Assembly: GCA_937901335.1 (NCBI GenBank)
Contig: CALCHC010000018.1
Coordinates: 5-64,004 of the forward strand
Origin: an uncultured Phascolarctobacterium sp.
GTDB taxonomy: Bacteria > Bacillota > Negativicutes > Acidaminococcales > Acidaminococcaceae
Direction of reading: 5' to 3'
DNA length: 64,000 nucleotides
Within the stretch, counting starts at the first letter, position 1. Every line of letters starts with the position of its first letter. Under the pieces are notes generated by a model that saw nothing but the letters and a program-made list of their open reading frames with translations, ran no database searches and was not told where the DNA came from. Positions 37,163 to 46,929 of this stretch are shown here, in pieces. A program made the translations under genes and the position numbers.

Positions 37163-39260
37163 TGCTCAAATATCTCCTTTGAAGTTTTAACAGTAAAGGC
37201 ATTGCCAGAGCAAGTACTGCCACTAAAACAATACCAATAACTGCGCCCATAGCGTAACCGTCGAGAGCACGAACAGTACTCATGAACACAGGAGTGCGCA
37301 TATGGCAGAAGGTTTGCACCAAAGAAGCTTGACCAATTACTGCACCACAAGTAAGTGCATATTGGATAAGACGCGGTGCTTGATGATAAGCAGCGTAAAC
37401 TGCTAAGAAGAAGGCAGGATGCCCAATCATAAATTCTTTTTGACGGGGACGAGCATACATCAATTGTTCCAAGAAGAGGCGCATCTTAACTTCGATTGCA
37501 GCGACAGGAACACCTGCACTGTGACCACTGCGAGCCACAAAATACAAGAGGATGATACCCAACACACCAAATAAAGCTACGTGTTTAAAGGTTATGGGCT
37601 TGCTGAGCAGTTCATTAATTTTACCAATGGCAGCTTTTAAACCACAACCTGCTACGCCCAACATATCATAACGTTTAACGTAGAGTATGGTCATCAATAC
37701 CAATGGCATAATAAAGGTGAGTTTAACGCCACGGTAAATGTCGATTTCCAAAAGGAAACGACTATCTGCTAAGATTGCAGCTAAGTACATACCACCAACT
37801 AAGGACATTAACACTGCTAAAGCAAGTTGCCAAGTAGCACTGAAAATAACTTTTACTGCACTTGCAGAACTTTCCTTGCATTTATCCCAAATGTCCAAAA
37901 TAACATTCATAGATAATACAGGGAAGAACACTGCAGCACCAAAAGCAAGTGCTTGGCGCATTACAAGGCCACGACCAGTAAGAATTACCACTGCTACAAT
38001 TGCAGACAAGACTCCCCAAACAAGCAGTTGCTTAGAATTAGAGAGCTCTACCAATTGCGCCAAGTAAACTACTGCACCAGCGATAATTGCTAAGCCAATA
38101 ATTACAAAGTAAATTTTATTGGGGAAGTAAGGACCGGAGTAACCGTTCTTCACAGTGGATTGTTCTGCTTCGAACAAACCAGCTTCACCAATTTCAAAAC
38201 CACGAGCCTTTACATTTTTAACAATGTCTTTTACGTACTGCAAATTCATTGCCAAAATATCTTGCCCATTTTGAGACATCATATAAGGACGGATGTAGTT
38301 AACGCGGACGTTGCGTTCTTCGTCAGTCAATGCCCAACGACGCAAGCCTTCGCCAACGGTAATCTTCTTTTGCTCCAAGCTGTCGATTACATAAGAACGA
38401 GCAGCTTTATAATTGATAGCTTCTGCCAAAGGCACCAAACCATCAATTTTTGCAAATTGCAGCTGAGTATAATGCTCAAGCATAATCAGCTTACGACCAT
38501 CCAATTTCTTCGCCATATAGTCAATATTGTTGGGATAACCAACAACTTCACGACCTGCAGGCATATAAGCATTAACTTCCACACCGGATTTAGCAATGCG
38601 TTGGAAAATGCTATCAATTTTTTCTTCAGTAACGTTTACGAAATTTTGCGGGCGAACAATTACATTAAAGCCGTAGTCCTTCACCTTACGCATTTCACTA
38701 CTGGATAAACCCAGAGGTAATTGCAAAATACCACGAGGAGTTTTGTAATCATCCTCCGCTACAAGATGAGTGCTACCCAAAGCTTCGATGATGGGCGGAT
38801 TTTCACTTACCATTTTTGCACGTTCTGCACCAAAACGAATACCCAAATCTTCCCACACTTCGTCGAAAGCAGAAGCATCATTACCAGCAGCAATGTAGAC
38901 AGCGTTTTCGGTTACATCTTTTACAGACGCAAAAATGCCGGCATCATTTCCTAAAATTTTTGCTTGGCGCAACTCACTGCCAGTAGCAGTTTTAATTGCG
39001 CCCATTTTAGATAAACGTTCCAAGGTGGTGTCGAACACCATCAAGGAATTAATGCCAGCATCTTGAAATTGCTTTACAACAATTTCTTCAGGAAGGCCTT
39101 CCAGTGCTGCCAGCTTACGCAGGTTTTCGTATTCCATGGCCATTTCCACAGTATTGTTTCTTTGTTCAATTGTATGGCGGTTCCAGTTAACCCACAAAGC
39201 ACAAACTAAACCTACTAATATAACAGCTATAAGCACCGGATTATAACGGCTCTTCATCAA
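37155..39260 (-). CDS. Large polytopic membrane protein, DUF5693-like
   Basis: 701 aa: one N-terminal TM helix, a ~370-aa soluble-looking domain, then about 10 TM helices. The 3' end overlaps csaB by 8 nt. Family assignment is from recalled csaB neighbourhood patterns. Confidence 0.55.
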   Translation of the reverse strand: MMKSRYNPVLIAVILVGLVCALWVNWNRHTIEQRNNTVEMAMEYENLRKLAALEGLPEEIVVKQFQDAGINSLMVFDTTLERLSKMGAIKTATGSELRQAKILGNDAGIFASVKDVTENAVYIAAGNDASAFDEVWEDLGIRFGAERAKMVSENPPIIEALGSTHLVAEDDYKTPRGILQLPLGLSSSEMRKVKDYGFNVIVRPQNFVNVTEEKIDSIFQRIAKSGVEVNAYMPAGREVVGYPNNIDYMAKKLDGRKLIMLEHYTQLQFAKIDGLVPLAEAINYKAARSYVIDSLEQKKITVGEGLRRWALTDEERNVRVNYIRPYMMSQNGQDILAMNLQYVKDIVKNVKARGFEIGEAGLFEAEQSTVKNGYSGPYFPNKIYFVIIGLAIIAGAVVYLAQLVELSNSKQLLVWGVLSAIVAVVILTGRGLVMRQALAFGAAVFFPVLSMNVILDIWDKCKESSASAVKVIFSATWQLALAVLMSLVGGMYLAAILADSRFLLEIDIYRGVKLTFIMPLVLMTILYVKRYDMLGVAGCGLKAAIGKINELLSKPITFKHVALFGVLGIILLYFVARSGHSAGVPVAAIEVKMRLFLEQLMYARPRQKEFMIGHPAFFLAVYAAYHQAPRLIQYALTCGAVIGQASLVQTFCHMRTPVFMSTVRALDGYAMGAVIGIVLVAVLALAMPLLLKLQRRYLSNE

Positions 39261-39285
39261 TTTTCACCTTTTTCGTAAAACTAAA

Positions 39286-40392
39286 TTACACTTTCTTTTG
39301 TTGGCTGCGCAGATAGGTTTCAATGAATTTCATCAAATCGCCATCCATAACAGCTTGAATATTACCGGATTCGCAACCAGTACGATGGTCTTTAACCAAG
39401 GTGTAAGGTTGGAATACGTAGGAACGAATTTGGCTACCCCATTCGATTGCTTGATAATCACCAGCAAGGTCATTAATCATAGCATCTTGTTTAGCTTTTT
39501 CGTATTCATACAATTTAGCACGCAACAATTGTAAGCAACGTTCACGGTTTTGAATTTGGGAACGTTGGGTTTGACATTGTACTACGATACCAGTCGGTTC
39601 GTGAGTCATACGTACTGCGGAGGAAGTTTTATTTACGTGTTGTCCGCCTGCACCGGAAGCACGGTAGGTATCAACGCGAACTTCGTCCATATTAATGTTA
39701 ACTTCAACGGAATCATCGATTTCAGGCATAACGTCAACTGCCGCAAAGGAAGTGTGACGACGAGCATTGGAATCGAAAGGAGAAATACGAACCAAACGGT
39801 GAACGCCTTTTTCAGAACGCAGGAAGCCATAAGCGTTGTGGCCGTTGATTTGTACGGTAGCACTTTTTACGCCAGCTTCATCACCGGGCAGGAAGTCCAA
39901 TACTTCCACTGCAAAACCATTTTGTTCTGCAAAACGAGTAAACATACGGTAAAGCATGGAAGTCCAGTCTTGAGCTTCGGTACCGCCTGCACCTGCGTGC
40001 AAAGTTAAAATAGCATTGCTTGCATCGTATTCGCCACTCAAGAGCATACCCAGTTCCAAATGTTCCAAATCTGCTTTGCATTTTACAAGCAGTTCGTCCA
40101 TTTCAGGCATAAGGCTTTCGTCTTCTTCTTCAGTAGCCATTTCCCACAAGGCTTCCAAGTCATCAACGTCACTTGCCAATTTGTGGAAACCTTCAACTTC
40201 TTCTTTCAAAGCATTTACGTCTTGAGCAATTTTTTGTGCTTTTTCCGGGTCATCCCAAAAACTGGGATCGCCCATTCTATGTTCCAGTTCAGAAATGCGG
40301 TCCTCTTTATTTACAATGTCAAGAGAACCTCTCATTTCTTCTACTTTCGCCTGCAAATTGTTGATTTCTGGTCTATATTCTTCAATCAGCAA
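39286..40392 (-). CDS. prfB: Peptide chain release factor 2 (single uninterrupted frame)
   Basis: SPF tripeptide context (VRISPFDS) and GGQ motif (RASGAGGQHVN). TTG start. The position of the usual CTT-TGA-C frameshift site reads CTT GAC (RGSLD). Confidence 0.95.
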   Translation of the reverse strand: MLIEEYRPEINNLQAKVEEMRGSLDIVNKEDRISELEHRMGDPSFWDDPEKAQKIAQDVNALKEEVEGFHKLASDVDDLEALWEMATEEEDESLMPEMDELLVKCKADLEHLELGMLLSGEYDASNAILTLHAGAGGTEAQDWTSMLYRMFTRFAEQNGFAVEVLDFLPGDEAGVKSATVQINGHNAYGFLRSEKGVHRLVRISPFDSNARRHTSFAAVDVMPEIDDSVEVNINMDEVRVDTYRASGAGGQHVNKTSSAVRMTHEPTGIVVQCQTQRSQIQNRERCLQLLRAKLYEYEKAKQDAMINDLAGDYQAIEWGSQIRSYVFQPYTLVKDHRTGCESGNIQAVMDGDLMKFIETYLRSQQKKV

Positions 40393-40448
40393 ACTTATTC
40401 AACCCTTTCATAACAAATTCGGTTATTTAGAGCAGCTTACACTGCAAA

Positions 40449-42866
40449 TTATTTTTCTTCTTCTACGATTTCAGCTTCTTCAACAGCATTAGCTTCAGCA
40501 GCTTGTTGTTCAGTTACAACATTTACATGGTAGATGTAGCGAACAACATCGTCTTGGATAGAGCCAATCATAGCTTCGAACATATCATAAGCTTCGAATT
40601 TGTATTCAACCAACGGATCTTTTTGACCGTATGCACGGAGACCAACGCCTTCGCGGAGCAAGTCCATGGAATCCAGGTGTTCCATCCAGTGGTTATCTAC
40701 AACTTTAAGCATTACCAAGTTTTCCAGTTCACGCATCAAGTCGGAACCGATGGCAGCTTCACGAGCTTTATAATGTTCGTCAGCAACTTTATGCAAGTAT
40801 TCATCCAGTTCTTCACGGCTCAAGTTGCCAAGTTCATCAGCATTGAGCAAACCGTGAGGAGCGAAGAATTCTTCTGCATAACGGATAAGTGCTTGCAAAT
40901 CCCAATCTTCAGAATAAACTTCAGCAGGAGCATACATAGCCATGGTACGATCAACAACCTTTTCTACCATTTCCATGATGTTTTCGCGCAAATCTGCTTT
41001 TGCCAAGATTTTTTTACGTTGAGCGTAAATAACTTCACGTTGTTGGTTCATAACGTCGTCATATTCCAAAACGTATTTACGAATGTTAAAGTTACGGCCT
41101 TCAACTTTCTTTTGCGCATTTTCGATGGATTTGGTTACGAGGCTATGTTCGATGGGTTCATCATCTTCCATACCAAGTTTATCCATGATGCCTGCAATAT
41201 TATCACTGCCAAAGAGACGCATCAAATCGTCTTCCAAGGACAGGAAGAATTTAGAGGAACCGGGGTCACCTTGACGAGCGCAACGACCACGCAATTGGTT
41301 ATCGATACGACGGCTTTCGTGACGTTCAGTACCAATGATGTGCAAACCACCAAGTTCAGGTACGCCTTCGCCAAGCACAATGTCAGTACCACGACCTGCC
41401 ATGTTGGTAGCAATGGTAACTGCACCGTATTGACCTGCATGAGAAATAATTTCTGCTTCTTGTTCATGGTACTTAGCGTTCAATACGTTATGAGCAATAC
41501 CGCGACGTTTAAGCATTGCGGAAAGTTCTTCAGATTGAGCAATGGAAGTAGTACCTACGAGAACAGGTCTACCGGATTTATGACAAGCTTCGATTTCGTT
41601 AACCGCAGCTTTGTATTTAGCAAGTTTAGTTTTGTAGATTACGTCCGGAGCATCGGTACGAATCATAGGTTTATTGGTGGGAACAACTACAACGCTCAAG
41701 TTGTAGATTTTTTGGAATTCTTGTTCCTCGGTTTTAGCAGTACCAGTCATACCAGCCAATTTATTGTACATACGGAAGTAGTTTTGGAAAGTGATGGTTG
41801 CCAAAGTTTGGCTTTCACGTTCAACTTTTACGCCTTCCTTAGCTTCGATTGCTTGGTGCAAACCTTCAGAGAAACGACGACCAAACATCAAACGACCGGT
41901 GAATTCGTCAACGATGATAACTTGACCATCTTTAACTACGTAGTCACGGTCACGATGCATCAAAGCTTTTGCTTTCAATGCGCACATAATTTGGTGGGAG
42001 AAGTCAATACCATGTTCAGTATCATACAAGTTTTTAATGCCCAGCATTTGTTCCGCTTTAGCAATACCTACTTCAGTAGGAGCAACTTGTTTAGTTTTTT
42101 CGTCTACAGTATAATCTTCACCTTCGCTCATAGTGCTTACAACTTGCGCAAGAATTCTGTACAAGTCAGTAGATTTTTCACCAGGACCGGAAATGATAAG
42201 CGGAGTACGCGCTTCGTCAATCAAAATACTGTCAACTTCGTCGACGATACAGAAATTCAATTCACGTTGAACCATTTGGTCAACATTTACTACCATATTG
42301 TCACGCAAGTAGTCGAAACCAAATTCATTGTTGGTACCGTAAGTAACGTCTGCCATATAAGCAGCACGACGTTCATGGTGATTCATGTCGTGAACAATCA
42401 AACCTACGCTCAAGCCCAAAGCTTTGTAGATTCTACCCATGTCTTCGCTGTCACGTTTTGCCAAGTAATCATTTACGGTTACAACGTGAACACCTTTACC
42501 GGTCAATGCATTCAAATAAACAGGAAGGGTTGCAACCAAGGTTTTACCTTCACCAGTACGCATTTCAGCAATTTTGCCGCGATGCAATACGATACCGCCA
42601 ATCATTTGTACGTCGAAATGACGCATACCGGTTACACGACGAGAAGCCTCGCGAACAACTGCAAATGCTTCCGGCAGCAAATCATCTAAAGTTTCACCTT
42701 TTTGCAAACGAACTTTAAACTCGCCGGTTTTAGCAGCGAGATTTGCGGAGCTCAAAGACTCCATAGATTTTTCTAAGCTATTAATCTTATCAACAATAAC
42801 TTTAATTTGTTTTAACTCTTTCTCGTTGGGGTCACCAAAAATTTTCTTCAAAATGCTATCGAGCAA
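40449..42866 (-). CDS. secA: Preprotein translocase ATPase SecA
   Basis: DEAD-like motor motifs ([28 protein letters not shown]). Probable TTG start at 42866 (AGGAG, 8-nt spacer), giving [12 protein letters not shown]... Confidence 0.95.
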   Translation of the reverse strand: MLDSILKKIFGDPNEKELKQIKVIVDKINSLEKSMESLSSANLAAKTGEFKVRLQKGETLDDLLPEAFAVVREASRRVTGMRHFDVQMIGGIVLHRGKIAEMRTGEGKTLVATLPVYLNALTGKGVHVVTVNDYLAKRDSEDMGRIYKALGLSVGLIVHDMNHHERRAAYMADVTYGTNNEFGFDYLRDNMVVNVDQMVQRELNFCIVDEVDSILIDEARTPLIISGPGEKSTDLYRILAQVVSTMSEGEDYTVDEKTKQVAPTEVGIAKAEQMLGIKNLYDTEHGIDFSHQIMCALKAKALMHRDRDYVVKDGQVIIVDEFTGRLMFGRRFSEGLHQAIEAKEGVKVERESQTLATITFQNYFRMYNKLAGMTGTAKTEEQEFQKIYNLSVVVVPTNKPMIRTDAPDVIYKTKLAKYKAAVNEIEACHKSGRPVLVGTTSIAQSEELSAMLKRRGIAHNVLNAKYHEQEAEIISHAGQYGAVTIATNMAGRGTDIVLGEGVPELGGLHIIGTERHESRRIDNQLRGRCARQGDPGSSKFFLSLEDDLMRLFGSDNIAGIMDKLGMEDDEPIEHSLVTKSIENAQKKVEGRNFNIRKYVLEYDDVMNQQREVIYAQRKKILAKADLRENIMEMVEKVVDRTMAMYAPAEVYSEDWDLQALIRYAEEFFAPHGLLNADELGNLSREELDEYLHKVADEHYKAREAAIGSDLMRELENLVMLKVVDNHWMEHLDSMDLLREGVGLRAYGQKDPLVEYKFEAYDMFEAMIGSIQDDVVRYIYHVNVVTEQQAAEANAVEEAEIVEEEK

Positions 42867-42945
42867 AACTATCACTCCTTGATTTATATTATGCGAGAAA
42901 AGACACTACACCTAACTATAAATTATAACAGAAATATTTTTGAAA

Positions 42946-42982
42946 AGCAAAAAAGCACGGAACAAAGTTCCGTGCTTTTTGT
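42946..42982 (-). terminator. Terminator downstream of hpf
   Basis: 9-bp stem 42954-42962 / 42968-42976, followed by a T-run on the minus strand. Confidence 0.75.
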
Positions 42983-43008
42983 GAAGTTTTAAGTTTTTCA
43001 ATTAATCG

Positions 43009-43536
43009 CTATTTTAATTCAGGAGAGAGCAAACCGTACTTGCCATCTTTACGACGATACACAACGTTCACACCGTTTTGTTCGATGTTGAAGAACATAA
43101 AGAAATCGTGATTCAAGAGGTTCATTTGCAAAATTGCTTCTTCTACACTCATAGGATTAAGAGCAAATTTTTTGTTCTTAATGATTTCAAATTCGCCGTC
43201 TTCTTCAACTGCCGGAGCAGGAGCCGGAGCTTCTGCAAAGTTAGCATATTTTCTCTTCATCAGACGAGTTTTATATTTGTGAATTTGACGTTCGATTTTT
43301 TCTACAACCAAATCGATGGAAGAGTACATATCTTTAGTAGATTCTTGAGCTCTCAACAAAATCCCGTTAGCGGGAACAGTAATTTCAGAGATATGGTAGC
43401 CGTGCTCAATTTTAAGCACTGCAGTAATGTCACCTACAGCTTTAAATTGTTTGGTGATTTTGGCAATCTTCTTTTCAACATAATCTTTCATTGCCGGAGT
43501 TACTTCAACGTTTCTGCCTTTTACATGGATAGTCAT
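43009..43536 (-). CDS. hpf: Ribosome hibernation-promoting factor, long form
   Basis: 175 aa with an S30AE/YfiA N-domain (MTIHVKGRNVEVTPAMKDYVEKK), a linker and a C-terminal dimerisation domain (VVYRRKDGKYGLL). Confidence 0.9.
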   Translation of the reverse strand: MTIHVKGRNVEVTPAMKDYVEKKIAKITKQFKAVGDITAVLKIEHGYHISEITVPANGILLRAQESTKDMYSSIDLVVEKIERQIHKYKTRLMKRKYANFAEAPAPAPAVEEDGEFEIIKNKKFALNPMSVEEAILQMNLLNHDFFMFFNIEQNGVNVVYRRKDGKYGLLSPELK

Positions 43537-43689
43537 AGATCTTACCTCCTTGATTCTTCAAGGTATTAAGGAATGTTACTTCCTTTCTTGTTTTACTAAT
43601 TCTACGCTTTTAGTATAATTCCTGCAAAACTTTTCAAAATCTATGAAACTTTTATTTTTCAAGCAGCGAAGTGTAACATTTTAACAATC

Positions 43690-44421
43690 TTAGAGAATTT
43701 TGGAAAGGAAGCTTTTGGTGCGTTCTTCTTTTGCGTTAGAAAAGATTTCTTCAGGAGTACCTTCTTCCAAAATATTGCCTTCGTACAAGAAAATAACGCG
43801 GTCGCCTACTTCGCGAGCAAAACCCATTTCGTGAGTTACTACAACCATGGTCATACCTTCGTGTGCCAAAGTTTTCATAACGTCAAGAACTTCGTTAATC
43901 ATTTCCGGGTCAAGCGCGGAGGTCGGTTCGTCAAAGAGCATAACTTTCGGTTTCATACACAGAGCGCGAGCAATAGCAACGCGTTGTTGTTGACCACCGG
44001 AAAGTTGTTCAGGATAAGCATTAGCTTTATCAGCCAAACCTACTTTTTCCAAGTACATTTTAGCAGTAGCTTCTGCTTCTGCTTTTTGAATGCCGCGCAC
44101 TTTCAAGGGAGCAAGCATCAAATTTTCCAACACGGTCATATGCGGGAAAAGGTTGAAGCGTTGGAATACCATGCCTACTTCTTTACGCACATCGTTGATA
44201 GAAGCATCATTTTTCAAAAGAACACCGTCAATTGCAACAGTGCCACCGGTAGGTTCTTCCAAGAAGTTCATGCAACGAAGCAAAGTACTTTTACCACAAC
44301 CGGAAGGACCGATGATAACAAGCACTTCTTGTTCAGTAATGGTTAAGTTTACACCTTTTAAAACGTGCAAGTTGCCAAAGCTTTTTTGCAAGTTTGTAAT
44401 CTTGATCATTTCTTTTGTCAT
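43690..44421 (-). CDS. Polar amino-acid ABC transporter ATP-binding protein (GlnQ-like)
   Basis: Walker [10 protein letters not shown], signature LSGGQQQRV and Walker [16 protein letters not shown] overlap with the permease gene. Confidence 0.9.
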   Translation of the reverse strand: MTKEMIKITNLQKSFGNLHVLKGVNLTITEQEVLVIIGPSGCGKSTLLRCMNFLEEPTGGTVAIDGVLLKNDASINDVRKEVGMVFQRFNLFPHMTVLENLMLAPLKVRGIQKAEAEATAKMYLEKVGLADKANAYPEQLSGGQQQRVAIARALCMKPKVMLFDEPTSALDPEMINEVLDVMKTLAHEGMTMVVVTHEMGFAREVGDRVIFLYEGNILEEGTPEEIFSNAKEERTKSFLSKIL

Positions 44422-45074
44422 TTTGTTTCAAACTTCCTTTCAAGCACAGCAACAAGTCTTGCAACCAACAATACCATTACAAGATAAATCAAAGCAACGC
44501 ACATCCAAATTTCAAAGGATGCATAAGTACGAGCGATAATCAATTGACCGCGACGGGTAAGTTCTTCGAAGCCGATAACAGAAACCAAGGAGGAGTCTTT
44601 CAGCATAGCGATAAATTCGTTACCCAAAGGCGGAATAATACGTTTGAATGCTTGGGGCATAATGATATAACGCATGGTTTGCGCCCAAGTCATACCCAAG
44701 CTGCGACCTGCTTCCATTTGACCTTGGTCAATGGATTGGATACCAGCACGGAAAATTTCTGCAATGTATGCACCGGAGTTAATGGAGCAAGCAGAAATAG
44801 CAGCGAAGAAAGGATCAACGCGGCTACCGGTAATACCGGGCAGAGCAAAGTAAACCAAGAAGATTTGTACCAGAAGCGGGGTGCCACGGATAAAATCAAC
44901 ATAAATATTTGCGAGGTAACGCAAGGGTTTAATATTGCACAAACGAGCAATAGCAACCATGCAACCAATCAAAAGACCGAAGCCTACACTAAGAGCAGTA
45001 ATTTCCACGGTAATAGCTGCACCAGCTAAAAGTAACGGGAAAGAACTTGCTATCAAATCAAAATTTAAATCCAT
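44418..45074 (-). CDS. Polar amino-acid ABC transporter permease (His/Glu/Gln/Arg/opine family)
   Basis: 218-aa polytopic ORF with the EAA-type loop (...[24 protein letters not shown]...). Confidence 0.9.
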   Translation of the reverse strand: MDLNFDLIASSFPLLLAGAAITVEITALSVGFGLLIGCMVAIARLCNIKPLRYLANIYVDFIRGTPLLVQIFLVYFALPGITGSRVDPFFAAISACSINSGAYIAEIFRAGIQSIDQGQMEAGRSLGMTWAQTMRYIIMPQAFKRIIPPLGNEFIAMLKDSSLVSVIGFEELTRRGQLIIARTYASFEIWMCVALIYLVMVLLVARLVAVLERKFETK

Positions 45075-45147
45075 CTTTTCATCCCTTCTACATTTGGGAC
45101 ACCAAATAGCTTTCTATTTTACTTCAAAACTTCAAATATGGTACGAA

Positions 45148-45921
45148 TTATTTTTTAGATTCACCGAACCAGGTTTTGTAGATTTTGTCGAATTCGCCGT
45201 TCTTTTTCAGTTCAGCCAAAGCTTTGTTGATGTCTTGAGCCAATTGAGTGTTCTTTTTATTTACAGCGATACCGTATTCTTCAGCTTCCATAACTTCGCC
45301 AACGGTTTTAGCAACTTTAGCACCGCCTTGTGCCAAATAGTAGCCAACTACAGGAGCGTCATTAATTACAGCGTCAGCACCGCCATTTTTCAATTCCATA
45401 GATGCTTCACTTTGAGTGTTGAAAGCAACAACTTTAGCACCTTCGATGCTTCTGGATTTTTTCTCACCGGTAGTACCGATTTGGCAAGCAATGCGTTTGC
45501 CTTTCAAATCTTCAACGGATTTGATTTCATTATTGTCTTTGTTAACCATAACAATCAAACCAGAAGTATAGTACGGGTCGCAGAAAGTAATAACTTTTTT
45601 ACGTTCTTCGGTAATGCTCATGCCTGCAATAGCAACGTCAATGTTACCGCTGGTCAGAGCCGGAATGAGAGCATCAAAGCCCATGTTTTGGATTTCTACT
45701 TTGTAGCCAGCTTGTTTACCGATTGCACGGATAAGGTCCATGTCAAAACCGGTGAATTCTTTGCTGCCTTCTTTTTGGAATTCAAACGGAGCAAAGGAAG
45801 GTTCAGTAGCTACACGCATAACTTTTTCAGTAGCAGCTTTCTTTTCGCCACCGCCGCAGCCAGCCAAGAGCATGCTGCAAGCTGCCAAAATAGCCATCAT
45901 CATAATTAATAATTTTTTCAT
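45148..45921 (-). CDS. Amino-acid ABC substrate-binding lipoprotein (family 3), copy A
   Basis: Lipobox LLAGC and SBP_bac_3 motifs (GFDMDLIRAIGK, AGMSITEER). Highly similar to the adjacent copy B. Confidence 0.85.
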   Translation of the reverse strand: MKKLLIMMMAILAACSMLLAGCGGGEKKAATEKVMRVATEPSFAPFEFQKEGSKEFTGFDMDLIRAIGKQAGYKVEIQNMGFDALIPALTSGNIDVAIAGMSITEERKKVITFCDPYYTSGLIVMVNKDNNEIKSVEDLKGKRIACQIGTTGEKKSRSIEGAKVVAFNTQSEASMELKNGGADAVINDAPVVGYYLAQGGAKVAKTVGEVMEAEEYGIAVNKKNTQLAQDINKALAELKKNGEFDKIYKTWFGESKK

Positions 45922-45992
45922 AATAAGGTCCCCCTCACATTTTCTTTTTACTAATCTTTTGGAAAAACATCCTGATTAGCTATTGGATAATA

Positions 45993-46040
45993 TTAAAATA
46001 AAAACGGAGCACAAGGTTTCTAAACCACACTGTGCTCCGT
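45993..46040 (-). terminator. Terminator between the two binding-protein genes
   Basis: 10-bp stem 46004-46013 / 46031-46040 with a 17-nt loop, followed on the minus strand by TTTTATTTTAA. Confidence 0.6.
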
Positions 46041-46053
46041 CAAGAACCGAATA

Positions 46054-46824
46054 TTATTTCTTCACTTCACCAAACCAGGTTTTGTAAATCTTGTCAAATT
46101 CGCCGTTCTTTTTCAGCTCAGCCATAGCTTTGTTAATTTCGCCAACCAATTTGTCGTTGCCTTTTTTAACAGCAATACCGTATTGTTCTGCTTCCATAAC
46201 ATCACCAACGGTTTTAGCGGTAGCATTGCCGCCTTGTGCCAAATAGTAACCAACTACCGGGCTATCATTGATTACAGCGTCAACACCTTTGTTTTTCAAT
46301 TCCATAGCAGCTTCGGTGTTAGTGTTGAATGCAATAACAGTAGCACCTTCTACAGTTCTGGATTTCATTTCGCCAGTGGTACCGATTTGGCAAGCAATAC
46401 GTTTGCCTTTCAAATCTTCGATGGATTTGATTTCGTTATTGTCTTTGTTAACCATAACAATCAAACCGGAAGTATAGTACGGGTCAGCAAAAGCTACAGC
46501 ACCTTTGCGTTCTTCGGTAATGCTCATACCAGCAATGGTAACATCAATGTTACCTGCATTCAAAGCAGGAATAAGAGCGTCAAAGCCCATGTTTTGGATT
46601 TCTACTTTGTAACCAGCTTGTTTACCGATTGCACGAATCAAGTCCATATCGAAGCCAGTGAATTCACTGCTACCTTCTTTTTGGAATTCAAACGGAGCAA
46701 AGGTCGGTTCAGTACCTACACGCAAAACTTTTTCAGCAGCTTTCTTTTCACCGCCGCCACAACCAGCTGCCAACATAGCAACTGCAGCAATGATGGTCAT
46801 CATAAGAATGAGAAGTTTTTTCAT
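46054..46824 (-). CDS. Amino-acid ABC substrate-binding lipoprotein (family 3), copy B (monocistronic)
   Basis: Lipobox LAAGC. Near-identical blocks shared with copy A (TEPxFAPFEFQKEGSxEFTGFDMDLIRAIGKQAGYKVEIQNMGFDALIPAL). Confidence 0.85.
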   Translation of the reverse strand: MKKLLILMMTIIAAVAMLAAGCGGGEKKAAEKVLRVGTEPTFAPFEFQKEGSSEFTGFDMDLIRAIGKQAGYKVEIQNMGFDALIPALNAGNIDVTIAGMSITEERKGAVAFADPYYTSGLIVMVNKDNNEIKSIEDLKGKRIACQIGTTGEMKSRTVEGATVIAFNTNTEAAMELKNKGVDAVINDSPVVGYYLAQGGNATAKTVGDVMEAEQYGIAVKKGNDKLVGEINKAMAELKKNGEFDKIYKTWFGEVKK

Positions 46825-46929
46825 TTTTATAATCTCCTTTCAAATTTTTAAACAAGTTTTCTGCATAAAATGTACATATAATTATATACCCAATTCCGTC
46901 AAAGGACAAGCAATTATTATATAATTAAA

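Noticed and set aside
40393-40425. Mini-ORF ATG AAA GGG TTG AAT AAG TTT GCT GAT TGA just upstream of, and +1 relative to, prfB, as a possible relocated frameshift site.
   Set aside because: The RF2 alignment is complete from the TTG start in a single frame. There is no CUU-UGA slippery context or internal SD at the right distance. The mini-ORF ATG has no RBS.
40503-42689. 728-aa plus-strand ORF antisense to secA. Similar long antisense ORFs occur at 982-2124 and 2146-2886 (in nrdD), 16904-18073 (in mreC/mreB), 56941-58341 (in the SBP gene) and 44935-45909.
   Set aside because: All lie exactly antisense to well-supported genes and have no RBS. Their composition is low-complexity and rich in F/N/V/T/S. 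They are explained by strong codon bias on the sense strand, which avoids the codons whose complements are stop codons. These are shadow ORFs, not genes.
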